Origin: Eledone cirrhosa
Lineage: Eukaryota
Reading direction: 5' to 3'
Length of the DNA: 64,000 nt
Assembly: GCA_964016885.1 (NCBI GenBank)
Contig: OZ024741.1
Coordinates: 294,190,001 to 294,254,000 of the forward strand
Each line of letters begins with the position of its first letter. The stretch's first letter is position 1. The position numbers were made by a program, and so were the translations under genes. A model generated the notes under the pieces. It saw nothing but the letters and a program-made list of their open reading frames with translations, did no database searches and had not been told where the DNA came from. Of the stretch, positions 41,436 through 55,095 are shown piece after piece.

Positions 41436-42144
41436 GTCACAAGTGTAGTGTTTGTACCAGAGTTTTCAAGTCGCTGGCTGGACTAAAAAGTCACACTCGT
41501 TCAGCGCATCGGTAGGGGTTCTACATGGATATAAAGTAGTGGCCGTACTCGAAAACGAGTTGGCAGCCACCATATATATATGTACATATATATGTTTGTG
41601 TGCGTGTTTTGTATCATTAAAAAAACAACCCATGAGACATATAAAGGAAACTATAATGATCCCCAAAAGACCAATGAGCAAGAATTGTCAACATGCTTGT
41701 CTCTTCTGAGATTTCTGTTTCCTTTAATTGTGCCATGTGTTTTTAATATTATCATTGTAAACCACACAGCCTAATTTTGAAATCAAATACATACATATAA
41801 AATCATCATCACATTTTTCATCCACTTTCCATACTAACATGGGTTAGATTGATTGTTAAAATCCAAGGCAGTTCTTAGCTGAAGTTATTACCCTCCTAAA
41901 TAGATACAAAATCTACATCATGTTTATATATTTCAATTTTTGCATAGTTTAATATAACTGGATGCTCTTCCTGGCACAAACCACTTAACAGAATGTACTT
42001 AATTCATTTCATCACTGTACCAGCACTAGAGAAATTGTGATGTCTTCAACTAAACTAAAGAGTCCTCGTTGTCCTACATTATTTCCAATTCGATTGATTG
42101 CCAACTACTTTAGAGAGTGTACGCACAAAGACATATATATATTT

Positions 42145-42315
42145 ATTTTATTAATACTAAATAGTGAGTCTTGTTACACTGGAGCTCCACCTCATGACCC
42201 TGAGATAAACAGGTGAAACTCCAGTGTATCAGAACTCACTATTTAGCCTTAATAAAATGAATATTAAAACTCTACTTCAGTACTGAATAGTCTTTTTTCA
42301 CAGCCGTCAACTACA
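42145..42315 (+). mobile_element. Fold-back mini-element with truncated HHR (family D)
   Basis: Inverted arms 42145-42258 around ATGA c CCTG agataaa CAGG t GAAAC. Confidence 0.65.
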
Positions 42316-42494
42316 TATGGATATATATATATTTATATATATATATTGTTATGCTTTGGGAGGGTCATGTTGCCAATAAGAAACACACGCACCAGTTTCT
42401 TTCACTCCAATTTATTATAAATTAAATTTATAAATTTAAGAATTTATAAATTTCCGGTTGGTTGGTTCCATAACCGGACAGTTGTTCATATATT

Positions 42495-42537
42495 GTCAAA
42501 GTTCTTTCGTCACACATTCTGTGACCTCTTCAGTGAC
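42495..42537 (-). ncRNA. Minimal hammerhead ribozyme in the PLE pLTR
   Basis: GUCA CUGAAGA G GUCACA gaaug UGUGAC GAAA G aa C UU UGAC. Confidence 0.78.
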
Positions 42538-42733
42538 TGAGGATTCTTTTCTTTGTTTAGTGCCTCTCCTTTGTTCTGTCCTTCGCCATCTTGTTTTTGT
42601 GTGTTATGTGCTTAGTTTGCGCATGTGTTACATCCGGGTGTCTGTGTGTGTTTTTATTTGTTTATTTATTTGTATATTTACATGCTACTGGTTGGTTGTT
42701 TGTTCTATGTGTGTGTGTGTTTTCATTTTGTCC

Positions 42734-44926
42734 TTAATTGTAAGTTGTGATGTTGCTATTCCATTCATGTTTTCTATTTAATTTTGGTTGTAATTCTTTT
42801 ATGTTTATTGCCTCTGTGATTTGTCTAAACATTGCGTCTTTTCTGTGTGTAGATTCTATTTTTATTTCTATGTTCTCTAATTTGCCCTTATGTTCTATTT
42901 TAGCATGTTGGTGGAGTATTGATGATTCTTTTTTATCTTGAAGTTCTCGCCAGTGTTCATTTAACCGTTCTCCTATACTACGAGCTGTCTCACCTATGTA
43001 CACTATATTCTTATCTTTACATTGTCCTTCAGTACATCTTATGCTATATACTACATTTCTAGTTTTACAGTTAATATCGGGGCTTAGTTTACAGATTATG
43101 CATTCCTTATCTATACAGGGAGGTCTTTGAAAAGGGTATGTATTGCTAATAAGTGTTTTTATGGAGGTACCTGGTCGTTATACTATCTTAATATTAAGTT
43201 TAAGTTTATCTTGGGCCCTTCTAAATTTGTAAGCTAATTCACCTCTAGAGGTTGTATAGATGAACATTACACTCTGGTATTTATTGCTATCATACCATGA
43301 GTTTATTCTATTAACCTTATTCTTAGTTCTTTCTATTCTATTCCAAAATTTGCACCTATACAAGGGGCAGGTCCCATTTGTATCATTATTTACCATTTTT
43401 TCCCATTTGGTTCTGGCTCCTCTATATACTCTGATTGTAACCAGAGAACTGCATATGGTGGATGAAGTGTTTGTATGTGTCGCTCTAGTTCTTTGGGGTT
43501 GCACATGCGGGACACATTTCTCATCACCCGTACCAAATCCGCAATCAGTATATTGATTTTGGTGTGATCTGAAACAGCTGAGTTTCAGTGGACAGATATT
43601 TGGAAGTCATGGGTTTGGAATAATGGATGGGAATGGAGGATTTGTTTTTTGTTATTAATGGTTTCTAACCAGAGCTCTGTGTCTAGTACAGGTAATCGAT
43701 GGTTGGGGTGTTTGCTTGGGTAGTCTATAGTAACTCTAATACTCTGGTGGATGGAGTTAGCTATTTTCTGGATGCTTTCCATGGTGTTTTTCTCTAATTC
43801 CTGACGGTTCTCTAGTAGGGGTGTTTTTACTACGATGTTTATATCATCAACGTAGCGGGAGTACATTATCAGGGTTAAGAGGTTGCTGTCTTCTAATTGT
43901 TCTTTAAGGTTAAGTTTAAGTTTATTGTCCCACCATACCATGAATAGGTTAGCTATGTCACCTGCGATGCTAACACCAATGGCTGCTCCCTCCTCTTGGC
44001 ATATGTTTTCCATTAAATTTGAACATATGTTCCTTAAGGGTTAGTTTTATACTGGCCCCCACCGCATGTGCAATTATTTTCTTTAGTTCATCGTGGTTTT
44101 CGGGGGTCCGTATGGCTCTGGTCCACCCATTCCATCTTTCTGTGTGGGTTTTCTTGGCCATTGTGGTAATGATAGGTGGTCTGCCTCTTGCTGGTCTTGT
44201 AGGGCACAGGTTGCTAAGGTCATACGTATCTAGATAATTATTACTATAGGTAAGTTTAAGTAGGAGTCCCAGCTCACTGGTATCAATCCCACGGAATTCA
44301 ACATTGCTCTCACTGATCATTTCTACGCATTTCTCCACAGCAAAATCCACGTCAATGGATGGATATAGGGACACAACATCCATACTACCTATTATACAGT
44401 CTGTTAGGTCCCTAGATCTGTTATTTTCGCTGATTCTGCTGAGGAGGTGCTCCGTACTGTCACATATATCTGGGGACATTTCAATGATGGGGCGTATGAT
44501 CATCAGGGAGAGGAAGTAGGAAAGTCTGTAGTTACTAGCAATGTTAGCTCCACAGACTGGCCGTGTTGGTGGTCCTGTGACAGGGTCACTGCTCGTCTTA
44601 TGGTCTTTTCGAAGCCCATACAACCCTGGCACGTCATTGTTCCAGGCCTGGAAGTTGTTGGCAGTCCTTTTATTGAGCTGCATTATGTTTGTCCACATCA
44701 TCATATGGGCATTGAGGGTTTTCTCCCTATCCTCATGCTCTTGTGGTGTTATTTCTCTTGTGTTAGTGAAGTGGGGTTGCATTGCCTGGATGTAGTTTGA
44801 CAGACTGTCAACTGACATTCTGCCAGACTTGCTTGTTGGAAAGCATGCAATCTCTCCATTATGCGAGCATTGCATGAGCTTACGCAAGCCAATTTCAGAT
44901 TTTTCTCCCAGTTGCTGGGCCTCCAT
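42734..44926 (-). pseudogene. PLE RT/GIY-YIG polyprotein, disrupted
   Basis: ORF pieces 43970-44926, 43585-44013 and 42734-43003 are colinear. Confidence 0.88.
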
Positions 44927-45194
44927 TCTATTTTGCTTCTTGCTATACTGTTCTATAATATTTCTAAGTTCAGATCTAGTTATACTATATATATATATAG
45001 GTTTACATTGCTAGTTGAAGAGAATCGATATAGTTCCAACTCTCATTTACTCACTCAATGAAATAATAGAGCTTGTATGTTAGAAATACAAACCCATTAT
45101 TCAGAGTGTGCACACATACATTAATCTGTAAGATAAACGACTATGTGTAGGTAATAATATTTGTGTATCATATAAACCTGGACTGTTTTTACAT

Positions 45195-45485
45195 CTATTT
45201 TTCCACACTTTGATGGGTCCTTCTAAGTACGACATCCCTCCACTCATTGTGTTCCTTTGTAATCTTGTCTGTTAGTCTCAGTGATTTGAGGCCAGCTCTC
45301 ACAACCTCTGCCCAGGTTTTTCTTTGTCTACCTCTACTCTGGCTTCTTTCCATTGGCATTTCCTGGCACTTCTTCACCCAAAGATCATTATCCTTGTGCC
45401 TCACATGTCCATACCAACACAGTCTTCTCTCCTGCAGACCACCTTGGATTCCTCTTAACTCAGCTTCTCCCTCAACTTGTCCAAG
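45195..45485 (-). mobile_element. RTE family 3 3' fragment
   Basis: WVKKCQEMP...RGRQRKTWAEVVR. Confidence 0.75.
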
Positions 45486-46664
45486 CTCTGCTTATCACTC
45501 TATTGATTTTGAGTTCAAATCCAGCCGTGGTTAGCTTTTCCTTTGATCCTTACAGGGTTGATAAAATAAAGTACCAGTAATGTACTGGCGTTGATTTAAT
45601 CAACTTTCCCTCCCCAAAATTGTTGGCCTTGTGCCTAAATCAGAAATCATTAGTTTTTCATTTTTATTTTTTAAGAAGATTTATTTCAAAATTCTTCTAA
45701 AATCCACTAAATTCCATTTCCGCCTAAATTTCTGGTCTTGTGCCCATCTTAGAAACAATTATTATTACTAGCTTTGTTGTTGTGGTTACTCTATTACTCC
45801 ATTACGTGTTCCAGCCAATATGTTGAGGCCATACAGGGGCACTGCCATTGGGTGTTAACATTTTATTGAAACAATGAAAAATATAGTCAGAGCCAATTGG
45901 ATATTAAATTCCCAGGAAAATTCCGGCAGCTAGTTAGTAGCCAACAAGTTAGTTTATTGCAAATAAGTGATGTACATACATACACATACACACATATATA
46001 TTTACACACACATGCGCATACAAACATATATGCACACACATACACGCATACAGACACACACACACATATATATATACACACATATGCTAGCATGGAAAAT
46101 GGACGTTAAACGATGGTGATGAGTGTGTGTGTTCCAAACTTTAGTTTTTAACCAAAATGTAAGGTAACACCCTTTTCTGTAGTTGTTTTTGTGGCAGTAG
46201 TAGTAGTAGTAGCGGCAGCAGAAGCAATAGTTTTTGCTGTAGCAGTAATTATTATTGTAGAAGAGTGCAAATTATAAGCCAGACTAGGTACTGTATATAT
46301 TTCAATAAAAACATACCTTAAAGAAGAAATGGCAACTTCCAATAGAAATTAAGATGCTAAAATGTCTGGAGAAATGGTATATTTTACACTTTGAAATATT
46401 TCACTTTAGGCTTCCTTCCTGTCACCTCCTTACCTCCCAACCCATATCTTGCTTTTCCTTTCTCTCCCATACACTCCCTCCTCCTCCTCCTCCTTCTTCT
46501 TCTTCTTCTTCTTCTGTTTATCTGTTTATCTTTCATTTTGATAGCTGTTGTGGTGATGATGATGGTTGTGTTGGTGTTAGAATCGACAGTGGTTGTGATG
46601 GTGATAGTAACAATATTGTTGGTTGTTGTGATGTTGGTTTTAGTGTATTACTACTACTACTACT

Positions 46665-46860
46665 CGGTGGATTGGCAGTATCAGTAGAGAGTCGGACGCC
46701 ATGCTTTCCAGCATAGTTACGTCCCTTTATGGTCTGAGTTCAAATCTCGCCGAGGTTAACTTTGCCTTTCATCCTTACGGGGTCGATAAAATAAAGTACC
46801 AGTAATGTACTGGGTAATTGCTGGCCTTGTGCCAAAGGCAGAAACAATTATTATTATTAT
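46665..46860 (+). mobile_element. tRNA-derived SINE (MetaSINE-like core), (ATT)n tail
   Basis: GAGTTCAAAT B-box; TTGCCTTTCATCCTTACGGGGTCGATAAAATAAAGTACCAG; relatives near 45510, 48918, 49300, 49975(-), 52195, 60130(-), 29190(-). Confidence 0.8.
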
Positions 46861-47034
46861 TATTTATTTATTATTATTATTATTATCATCATCATTATTT
46901 TACCTGGTTACAAAAAATGTCTGTTTAGTTTCTATTTAAAAGTATTTAGTCTGCTTGGAAATGTATCTGACATGTACAGTGATTTAGATGCATGCATATT
47001 TATATATGTAGATGTGCATGTATGTACATGTGTG

Positions 47035-47066
<32 letters not shown>

Positions 47067-47232
47067 TGCGTGTGTGCGTGCATGCGTGCGTGCGTGCATG
47101 TGTGTGCATGCAAGTGAATTAACAGTTTCTGCATTGCTGGTGGTTTTGTAGACATATGCATTTATAAAACTAAAGGCCATGCAGAGATAAGTGAAACTGT
47201 TAATACATATATTTAACTTCCATATATGACAT

Positions 47233-47510
47233 GACAAAAAGTGCCCAGCCCATACTGTAAAGTGGTCATGTAGGTGTCACAGAAAAAAGCACCCAACCCA
47301 CATTGTAAATTGGTCGTGTAGATGTCATGATAAAAAGCAGTCAGTACACATTCTGATTTTGGTTGACATTAGGAAGAGCATCCAGCCATAAAAACCAAGC
47401 CAGAACCGGTTCTGTATGATCAAGTTATGTTCACCTGATCTGACTTGTCTCACAAAAGGACAACTTGTTTAACCCATGCTAGCATGGGAAAATAGACATT
47501 TAAGAGTGAT
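47233..47510 (+). mobile_element. Older RTE 3' UTR copy
   Basis: Similar to 7285-7510. Confidence 0.68.
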
Positions 47511-48276
47511 TGCATTTTTCATTGATTTTACACACATGTATATAAATTTACATACATTAATGCACCATATTGTTTGTATATAACATGTACCCTTAATTAT
47601 AAGCAATGAAACCACAGAAAAAATATCATCTATAATACATAGTATTGCACTGTATGGAATGAATGAGTATTTAGTGAGATTTACTATAATTGCTGAAAAA
47701 GTTCACTACTAAATGAAATAAAAAGCAAAACTGAAACTGATCTTTAACATTACCAGTGACGTCCATAAATATACACTTATGGTACAAATTACATAATCAT
47801 GACTTTTCTAGAAAATCAATTTTATTTTAATAATGAGTGTATTTAAATAAGTTTATAGAATATTTTATTATTCATTTTGTATAGTAAGACATATGATTAT
47901 GTTGTCACAAGAAAACAAAGCATTTATCATTTAAGTGTAGATTTTTTAATACTTCTAATCTTTTTAATATGTATATTGTTTATATAACATTTTCATATTT
48001 TATATTTTGAACATCAGACATTCAGGATCTGACAAAAGATATATTTTCAATTTAAAAAATGTATAATTAAAAATGTATTTTATTATGTAAATTTTTGGAA
48101 AGTGAAAAGCGTTTTGAAATTTTCCATTTAATGTTTCATATGTAATATTTTGATACATCAGTTGTGTTGACATCAAAAGCAGACAGTATTTATTGATAGT
48201 ATGAATTTTCATCAGGATTATTCAAATGCTCTCTATAATACTTATATAATGGTTATATCTATTAGTTCTTCTTCAA

Positions 48277-48530
48277 TGTGGTAAGAGTATTGGACATATG
48301 ATAATAATGTCATGGTTTCAATTCCTGGGCTGGGTTGTGTTGTGATCTTAGCAAAATATTTTATTTCATGTTGTTCCAGTATACTCAGCTGAAAATGAGT
48401 ACCAGCAATAGCTGGGGTTTAACCCTGCGATGGACTGGCATCCTGTCCAGGGAGAGTCTTGTTCTCTCAGTTGCTCCATGCCACAGAAAGCGGGATAAGC
48501 ACCAGCCTGATAAGACTCCAGCCTTGAGAC
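48277..48530 (+). mobile_element. tRNA-derived SINE
   Basis: Same family as 29567-29790. Confidence 0.7.
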
Positions 48531-48917
48531 AGACTTTAGACTTATACACTTCTTCAATGGCTGACTTTCTCCTCATATTAAAGTTATGATAGCTACATAT
48601 GGGCATTGAAGACAGAGAATGTGTTGAGGCTAGAAATAAATGAAACTAGCATGATTTGAAGGATGTATAATGTTAATGTACATGAACCTAGAATCACAGA
48701 TGAATTGTGAGACAAGCTTTGATAGGTAGAATTGGATGTTGCCACAAAAGAGAAGATTGCACCACTGCCTTTTTTTGGTTTGGCAGGGCATTTAATTTTC
48801 CTTTGTTCTTGGAAAGGAAAGTGAGAATGGGGAGGGAAATATTGCCACTCACCCCACATTGTATTAATTAATATGATCTCAGATCTGTGCCATTTAACAA
48901 TATTGGTGAATTGGCAA

Positions 48918-49137
48918 AGGGCAGTGGATTGGTAGTATCGGTAGAACATTGAACAACCTGCTTCTCAGCATAAAGTTACAGTCCTTTACGGTCTGAGTTT
49001 AGATCCCGCCGAGGTGACCTTTTGCTTTCATCCTTATGGAGTCAATAAAATAAGTTACCAGTCACACACTGGTGTTGATTTAATTGTCTTTCCCATACAC
49101 AAAATTGCTGGCCTTGTGCTTAAATCAGAAACCATTA
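48918..49137 (+). mobile_element. tRNA-derived SINE (MetaSINE-like)
   Basis: Similar to 46665-46860. Confidence 0.7.
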
Positions 49138-49971
49138 ATTTATTGTTAGTTTGTTACGTTTTTTTGGTTTACTTAATTCATATAAATCCCCACTGTCCCT
49201 GCATATTTCTATGTCCTTAGTGTCATGTGATCAATATAGAAATTATTAGTATTATAGTGGAGTAACAGTAGAGTGTCAGGCAACTTGCTTTGTGGCACAG
49301 AGTTGTATCTTTACATTCTGAGTTCAAATCCCACCAAGGTTAGCTTTATTTTTTATCCTGACAGGGTCAATAAAATAGGCTACCAGTAACCCACTGGGGT
49401 TGATGTATTCGAATTTCTCCTTCCCTTCGAATTGCTGTCCTTGTGCCAAATATAGAAACAATTCCTATAGTGGCAGTGCAAAAACAGTAAATCAGCAGAA
49501 ATTTTAAAGCAGCTAAATCAATTTACTTTTTTACTTGATTCAGTCATGAGACTGTGGCCATGCTGGGGCATTACAGTGTTTAACATTGAAATTTCTACAT
49601 CAAGATTTCAATTCCAGCTAGAGGATTATTTCACTTGTCGACCCACCTTCAATAGAAAAGTGAAAATTACCACTAATATAATTTTATTGATTCAGTTTAC
49701 TGTAACTCCTCAACGCAAACACACATAACAACCACCATCTCTTACAAGGGATTGAACTCTTTCTCTAGTCAATTACAATTTGTATTTAAATTGCTCTTGA
49801 ATGAATTGCTTCATTCATGCTATGACAGACAACCAGTGTTATTTTTGTTGCTTTTGTTATTCTTTAAATTATTTTAAAACATTTTTATTCATATATTTTA
49901 TTTTTATTCAAATATTTTATTTTTTTCATTTTGTTACCTTTTATACTTAATAATAATGAAATAATGATTTA

Positions 49972-50168
49972 ATAATAATTGTTTCTACTTTTGGCACAAG
50001 GCCAGCAATTACCCAGTGCATTACTGGTACTTTATTTTATCGACCCCCATAAGGATGAAAGGCAAAGTTAACCTCGGTGGGATTTGAACTTAGATCATAA
50101 AGGGCTGTAACTCTATGCTGTAAAACATGGCATCCTACCCTCTACCGATACTGCCAATCCACTGCCCT
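49972..50168 (-). mobile_element. tRNA-derived SINE (MetaSINE-like)
   Basis: Reverse complement of 46665-46860. Confidence 0.78.
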
Positions 50169-50201
50169 TTAATAATAATAATAATCATTATTATTATTAT
50201 T

Positions 50202-50962
50202 ACTATGGACAACTTCCAGAAATCCCTGGCCTGGCAGTGCTACCGAGAAGCTTTGCCAGTTCGGGATAAACTCTACAGGCATGGAGGTGCCGAAAGCCGG
50301 GCATGTCCGAGATGCGCGCAGAGCAACAAAACCATCCTGCATGCACTCGTCCAGTGTCCAAGCATTGCGGTGACTTGTGGGTTTATGTCGAACACTTGCT
50401 GTCGTGTGTAGAACGGATCCGACTATCAGCTGAGTCCATCGTGAGGATTGCCCCGCCCTCTTCCTTTAGCCGGGAAGGGCAGGCAATTTTTATCTGTCTG
50501 GTGGCCATGGCGAAAGAGATAGTATGGTGGACGCATCTGAAAAGGCTGAAGACAAGCACTTACCTCTTTGGTGATGCCCTGATTAACTTTTTCCAATTTC
50601 ATTTGAAAAGGAAAATCAGGGTAGAGAGGGAGGTGCTCTCTTCCCAGCTTTTTGTTGAAAGATGGGTGAGAGAGGCAAGAATGGCCCGAGTGAATGGGCC
50701 TATTCTGAGTATATGCCTGTAAATTGAAGGTGGAGAGGACAATTGCCCTGGTGGTCAGGGTCACTGTGGCTTTTTTTAATGGACTTTCTCCACGATGGCC
50801 CTCAAAAGTCTCCCCCCTATTGGGGAATTTTTCATTGTTCTTTTATTACATCCTCTTTTTTTTTTTTTTTACACGCAGAAATGCCCATTTGTACCGTCCT
50901 GTATTGTCCTGTACTGTCCTTAATGTCTACTTTGTGAAAACCCTTGTGGTTAATAAAGAAAG

Positions 50963-51011
<49 letters not shown>
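50202..51011 (+). mobile_element. L1/Tx1-clade 3' fragment
   Basis: Highly similar to 20309-21082; CPRC...HALVQC; (ATT)n on both sides. Confidence 0.9.
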
Positions 51012-51013
<2 letters not shown>

Positions 51014-52582
51014 AAATGTAATTTATAATTAATTGTTCAGCTAGAAATAGATATAGGTTAGCCCAGCTTAATGTCCTATCACTGTTGCTGGAGAGAATTA
51101 TGTGCATGCATTCATATATATGCATAATCTATGTGTGTGTGGGTGTGTGTATAAATTGATATATATATATATATATATATGCATTACATGTTTGAAAAGT
51201 AAATTGTATGTGGATGTGTCTACATGTAGATTCGTACATATGTACATATTATGTGTTTTATATAGATGTTTGTGTATGTGTGTGAGTGTGTGTGTATGTA
51301 CATTCATAAATACACATTACACGTTTTAATGTGGACACACATATATGAGTGTGTATGAATTTACTTTTCAAAATGGGTTACTCAAAGTAATTAAAAATAT
51401 TGGGAAAATTGTTGCTTACAAAAAAAAAAAGAAAAAAAATTAATAATAATAATGTGTTGGATCAAAGAACTATGAGTATATTAGTTGGGATTGATTATTT
51501 GAAATTAAGTCACAGCAAAGACTAATTAAAAATGAACTGAAAAAATGGACACAAGCTACAAGAAACTTAGTTACCTCTTGGGTTTTATTAGTATTTTTGT
51601 TTGTAGAAAATTTAGCCATAAATTTTAATTTAATTGTTCTATTTACTGAACAAAGCTTAATGGTAACATTTTAAGACCCCTTGCAATAAGATAAAAGTCG
51701 AGAGTTCAATTAGATTATTAGTAAAGGTGACTTCTTAAACATATGACTTTTAGATGTCAGATCGAAAATTATATTGACATGGAAAGCAAGTAGATGTTTA
51801 ATTAAAGCAAGGGTTAGTTTCTTCTATGAAGTTAGGTCAGGAGTGTGACAGTGTCCATACTATTGATTCATAGTTGGTACCTCTATAACCAGGGCTGAAT
51901 TTAGATCTTGGGAGATCCAAGGTACTACAGATTTGGGGGGCCCCTTATACACAAAAATTTAGATTGCTAAGCAAGCCCCCAATTTTACATATCAAAGTCG
52001 GCTCAAAACAAGTAATTGAAATGAAAAAGTTATATATACAGGTATTAAAATAACAAAATCTAACCGTCCTAAAACTAAAAAAGTGCAGCAGAGGGCACAC
52101 ATAAACTGCTACAGCCATTGTTGGGGCCCGTCTCTGCAGGGGGCCTAGTGTCTATACTAGATAAACAATTTAGTTGTATCTATATTAGAGAAGTAGGCAG
52201 TGAGTTGGTAGAGTTTTTTTAACATTAGATAGAATGCTTTGTGGTAGTTATATGGGCTCTCTGTACTCTGAGTTCAAATACTGCCTGTCACCTTTGCTTT
52301 TCATTCTTTCAAGGTGAATAAATAAAAAACCAGTTCTATCCCATCTCTCTCTCTCAAATCGTCTGTGATCAAACCTAGAGAGAAATAGACTCCACATCCA
52401 TAAAACAGAACTGACTGCACAACCGCTTGAAAGAAATCACATTTCAAATTTAGTGGAAGCTTGAATTTCGAGATCACTGATAATTTATTTAAAGCAGCCC
52501 AGGTTTCACCAATTCAAATATAAACGTCACTTATGGAGAGATCTTCATTTGTGATTTTACTTTCAATTGTTAAAATAATATT

Positions 52583-52833
52583 TTAACCCTTTCATTACCA
52601 TATTTCTAATGAAATATCCTACCTATGATTTTCAATTAATTTTTATAATAATCAAAAGTTTGGAAGCATAACTTTCTATTTATTTAATAAGTTGGTGTTT
52701 GAAACAATATATCAAAAGTTCTTACATAAAATTATAATGAAAGGTTTTTAGATAAATATAATCACTTTAAAACAAATAGTTTCCATCATAAAATTAGGGG
52801 TGTTTTCACGCAGGTCGGTTTCAAAAGGGTTAA
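52583..52833. mobile_element. piggyBac-type MITE
   Basis: TTAA|CCCTTT...AAAGGG|TTAA. Confidence 0.72.
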
Positions 52834-53590
52834 AACAACAGGTGATCAACAAACTTCAAAAGGAAAACTTAAAGGACCACCAAATGTTTATTTTTAAATG
52901 CATTAGAATTTTGTTAGGGACGTCTGGTGTTCCACCTAGATAATGCTTTATATAACACAAATAGATATAAAACTTAAAGTGTAGACCACTGGGACTTTGA
53001 TAGGGACATCGGGTGTTCCAACTAAGCAATGCAATATCTCACAGCTGTAGAACATCTAAAAATAAATCTATTTGTACTATAAGAAATCAAATTCCTTTCT
53101 CATATAGTGTATATCAGGAAAAGCAAATTCAATATGGCAACTTAGTTTCCAATATGTAATCAATGAACCTGCTGTACAACAATGATGGGGAAAATGAGAT
53201 AGGTTATCTATATTTGAACTTTACTATCTAAACTAGAAACAGTGCCAGAAATGAGAAAATAAAATGAAAATTAAAGATATAAAAATGTGTTTTGATGTGA
53301 GTAAAAAAAGGAAAAATAGTTTTTATAACACTGCCAAATAGGTGAATAGAAAAAAACTTCATTGATGTTAGTGAGGTCAATAAGGATATAAAATATATTA
53401 ATAAAATATCTAATTAATATATATGTGATTATAATATACAACTTGCCATCGAGGAGCAGGAGTAGGGTAAAGAAATTAATTAATTAACTTACAAAAAAGC
53501 ATAATGTGGATCTTATTTGACTAGGCTTGAGGCCAATATATAGAGTAATTGAGTATATTCTGTGTAACACACACACACTATATATATATA

Positions 53591-53618
53591 TAGTGAATGT
53601 GTTATATATATGAATGTG

Positions 53619-53665
<47 letters not shown>

Positions 53666-53852
53666 ATGTGTTATATATATGAATGTGTTATATATATATA
53701 TATATAGTGAATGTGTTATATATATGAATGTGTTATATATATATATGTATATATATATATATAGTGAATGTGTTATATATATGAATGTGTTATATATATA
53801 TATGTATGTATATATATATATATAGTGAATGTGTTATATATATGAATGTGTT
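53591..53852 (+). repeat. Composite minisatellite of (TA)n plus (G/A)TGAATGTGT
   Basis: About 10 copies of TGAATGTGT separated by TA runs. Confidence 0.85.
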
Positions 53853-54170
53853 GAGAGAGAAACTGTGTCTGAGAGGGATAGAATGTAGTGTGCGAGGGAG
53901 GAGACTGGGGTGGTATGGACATGTGATGCGCATGGAAGATGACCGATGGGTGAAGAAGTGCCAGGAAATGCCAGTTGAAGGAAGACGTGGTAGAGGTAGA
54001 CCACAAAAAACATGGGCGGAGGTGGTGAGAACAGACGTCAGATCGCTGAAGCTCACGGTGGAGATGACGAAGCACCGTGACAAGTGGAGAGATACTGTGC
54101 TGAATAAGACCCGTCCCACCCTTGCAAGCAGGGAAGAGCGGACATAAGATGATGATGATGATGATGATGA
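53842..54170 (+). mobile_element. RTE family 3 3' end
   Basis: NVLREKLCLRGI...WYGHVMRMEDD...RGRGRPQKTW; (GAT)n tail. Confidence 0.85.
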
Positions 54171-54259
54171 TATATATAGTAGTAGTAGTAGAACACTGGT
54201 GGGTTATATCCGCAGTGGTAGAGCACTCAGTCCATGGGACGAGTTTGGTATATATATAT

Positions 54260-55095
54260 ATCATCATCATCTTCACAGTTTAACGATCATTTTCCATGCT
54301 AGCATGGGTTAGATGGGTTGTCCTATTTGAGGCAAGTCGAGGTCAGATGACCATGTCTTGCTTATACAGAACCGATTTTAGTTTGGTTTCTACGGCTGGA
54401 TGCCCTTCCTAATGCCAACCACATTTGCAGTGAGTACTGGGTGCTTTTTGTTGTGACACCTACATGACCACTTTACAGTGTGGGATGGCTGCTTTTGGTC
54501 ATGTTACCATCATGACCATTTTACAGTGTGGGCTAGGGGTTTTGGTGAGAAGGGTGTGTGGGGATTAAGGAGGTGGGGATTATGGGCATGTGTGATGGGT
54601 GGAGTGTTAGGACAAGGAAGATGTGTGGAAGGGGGGTGAACATGGTGCATACCAGATGTATGCTTCAGCCTGTACTCATGGGAAGGCGGGTCTTCTGTAT
54701 TACTGCATAACGCCAGAAGTGCAATTATGCAAGGTCAGCTTTTATCACCTCATCCCAAGTCTTCCTGTGTATACCTCCTCCATAGCTTCCATCAACTTTG
54801 AGTGCTCTGCATATTTTCATACAGCTGTCATCCTTCATACGCATCACATGTCCATACCAACACAATCTCTTCTCTTAAACACTGCATTTGATTCCTGTTA
54901 TGCTGAATTTCTCTCTCAGTTCATTTATATTTTGCCATTAGTGTATATTACTATTACACATCCATTGAAGCATGGAAACTTCATTTCTTTCTAATTTTTC
55001 TAAGTCCTCTGCACATAGCGCCCAGGCCTCACTACCATGTAACATTGGTGCTTATATACATGTGGCATATAATCTGCCTTTCATTTTGAGGGTAA
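54260..55095 (-). mobile_element. Diverged RTE 3' fragment
   Basis: Reverse complement resembles 6770-7530. Confidence 0.8.

Larger units (their letters stand above)
42343..44990 (-). mobile_element. Penelope-like retroelement (RT plus C-terminal GIY-YIG plus pLTR), frameshifted
   Basis: LYGLRKDHK, PTRPVCGA, SMDVVSLYPSID, GAAIG, YSRYVDDI, LPVLD, YSKPM, YIGETARS. Confidence 0.93.

Noticed and set aside
46665-46760. tRNA gene
   Set aside because: A/B boxes only and no cloverleaf; this is a SINE head
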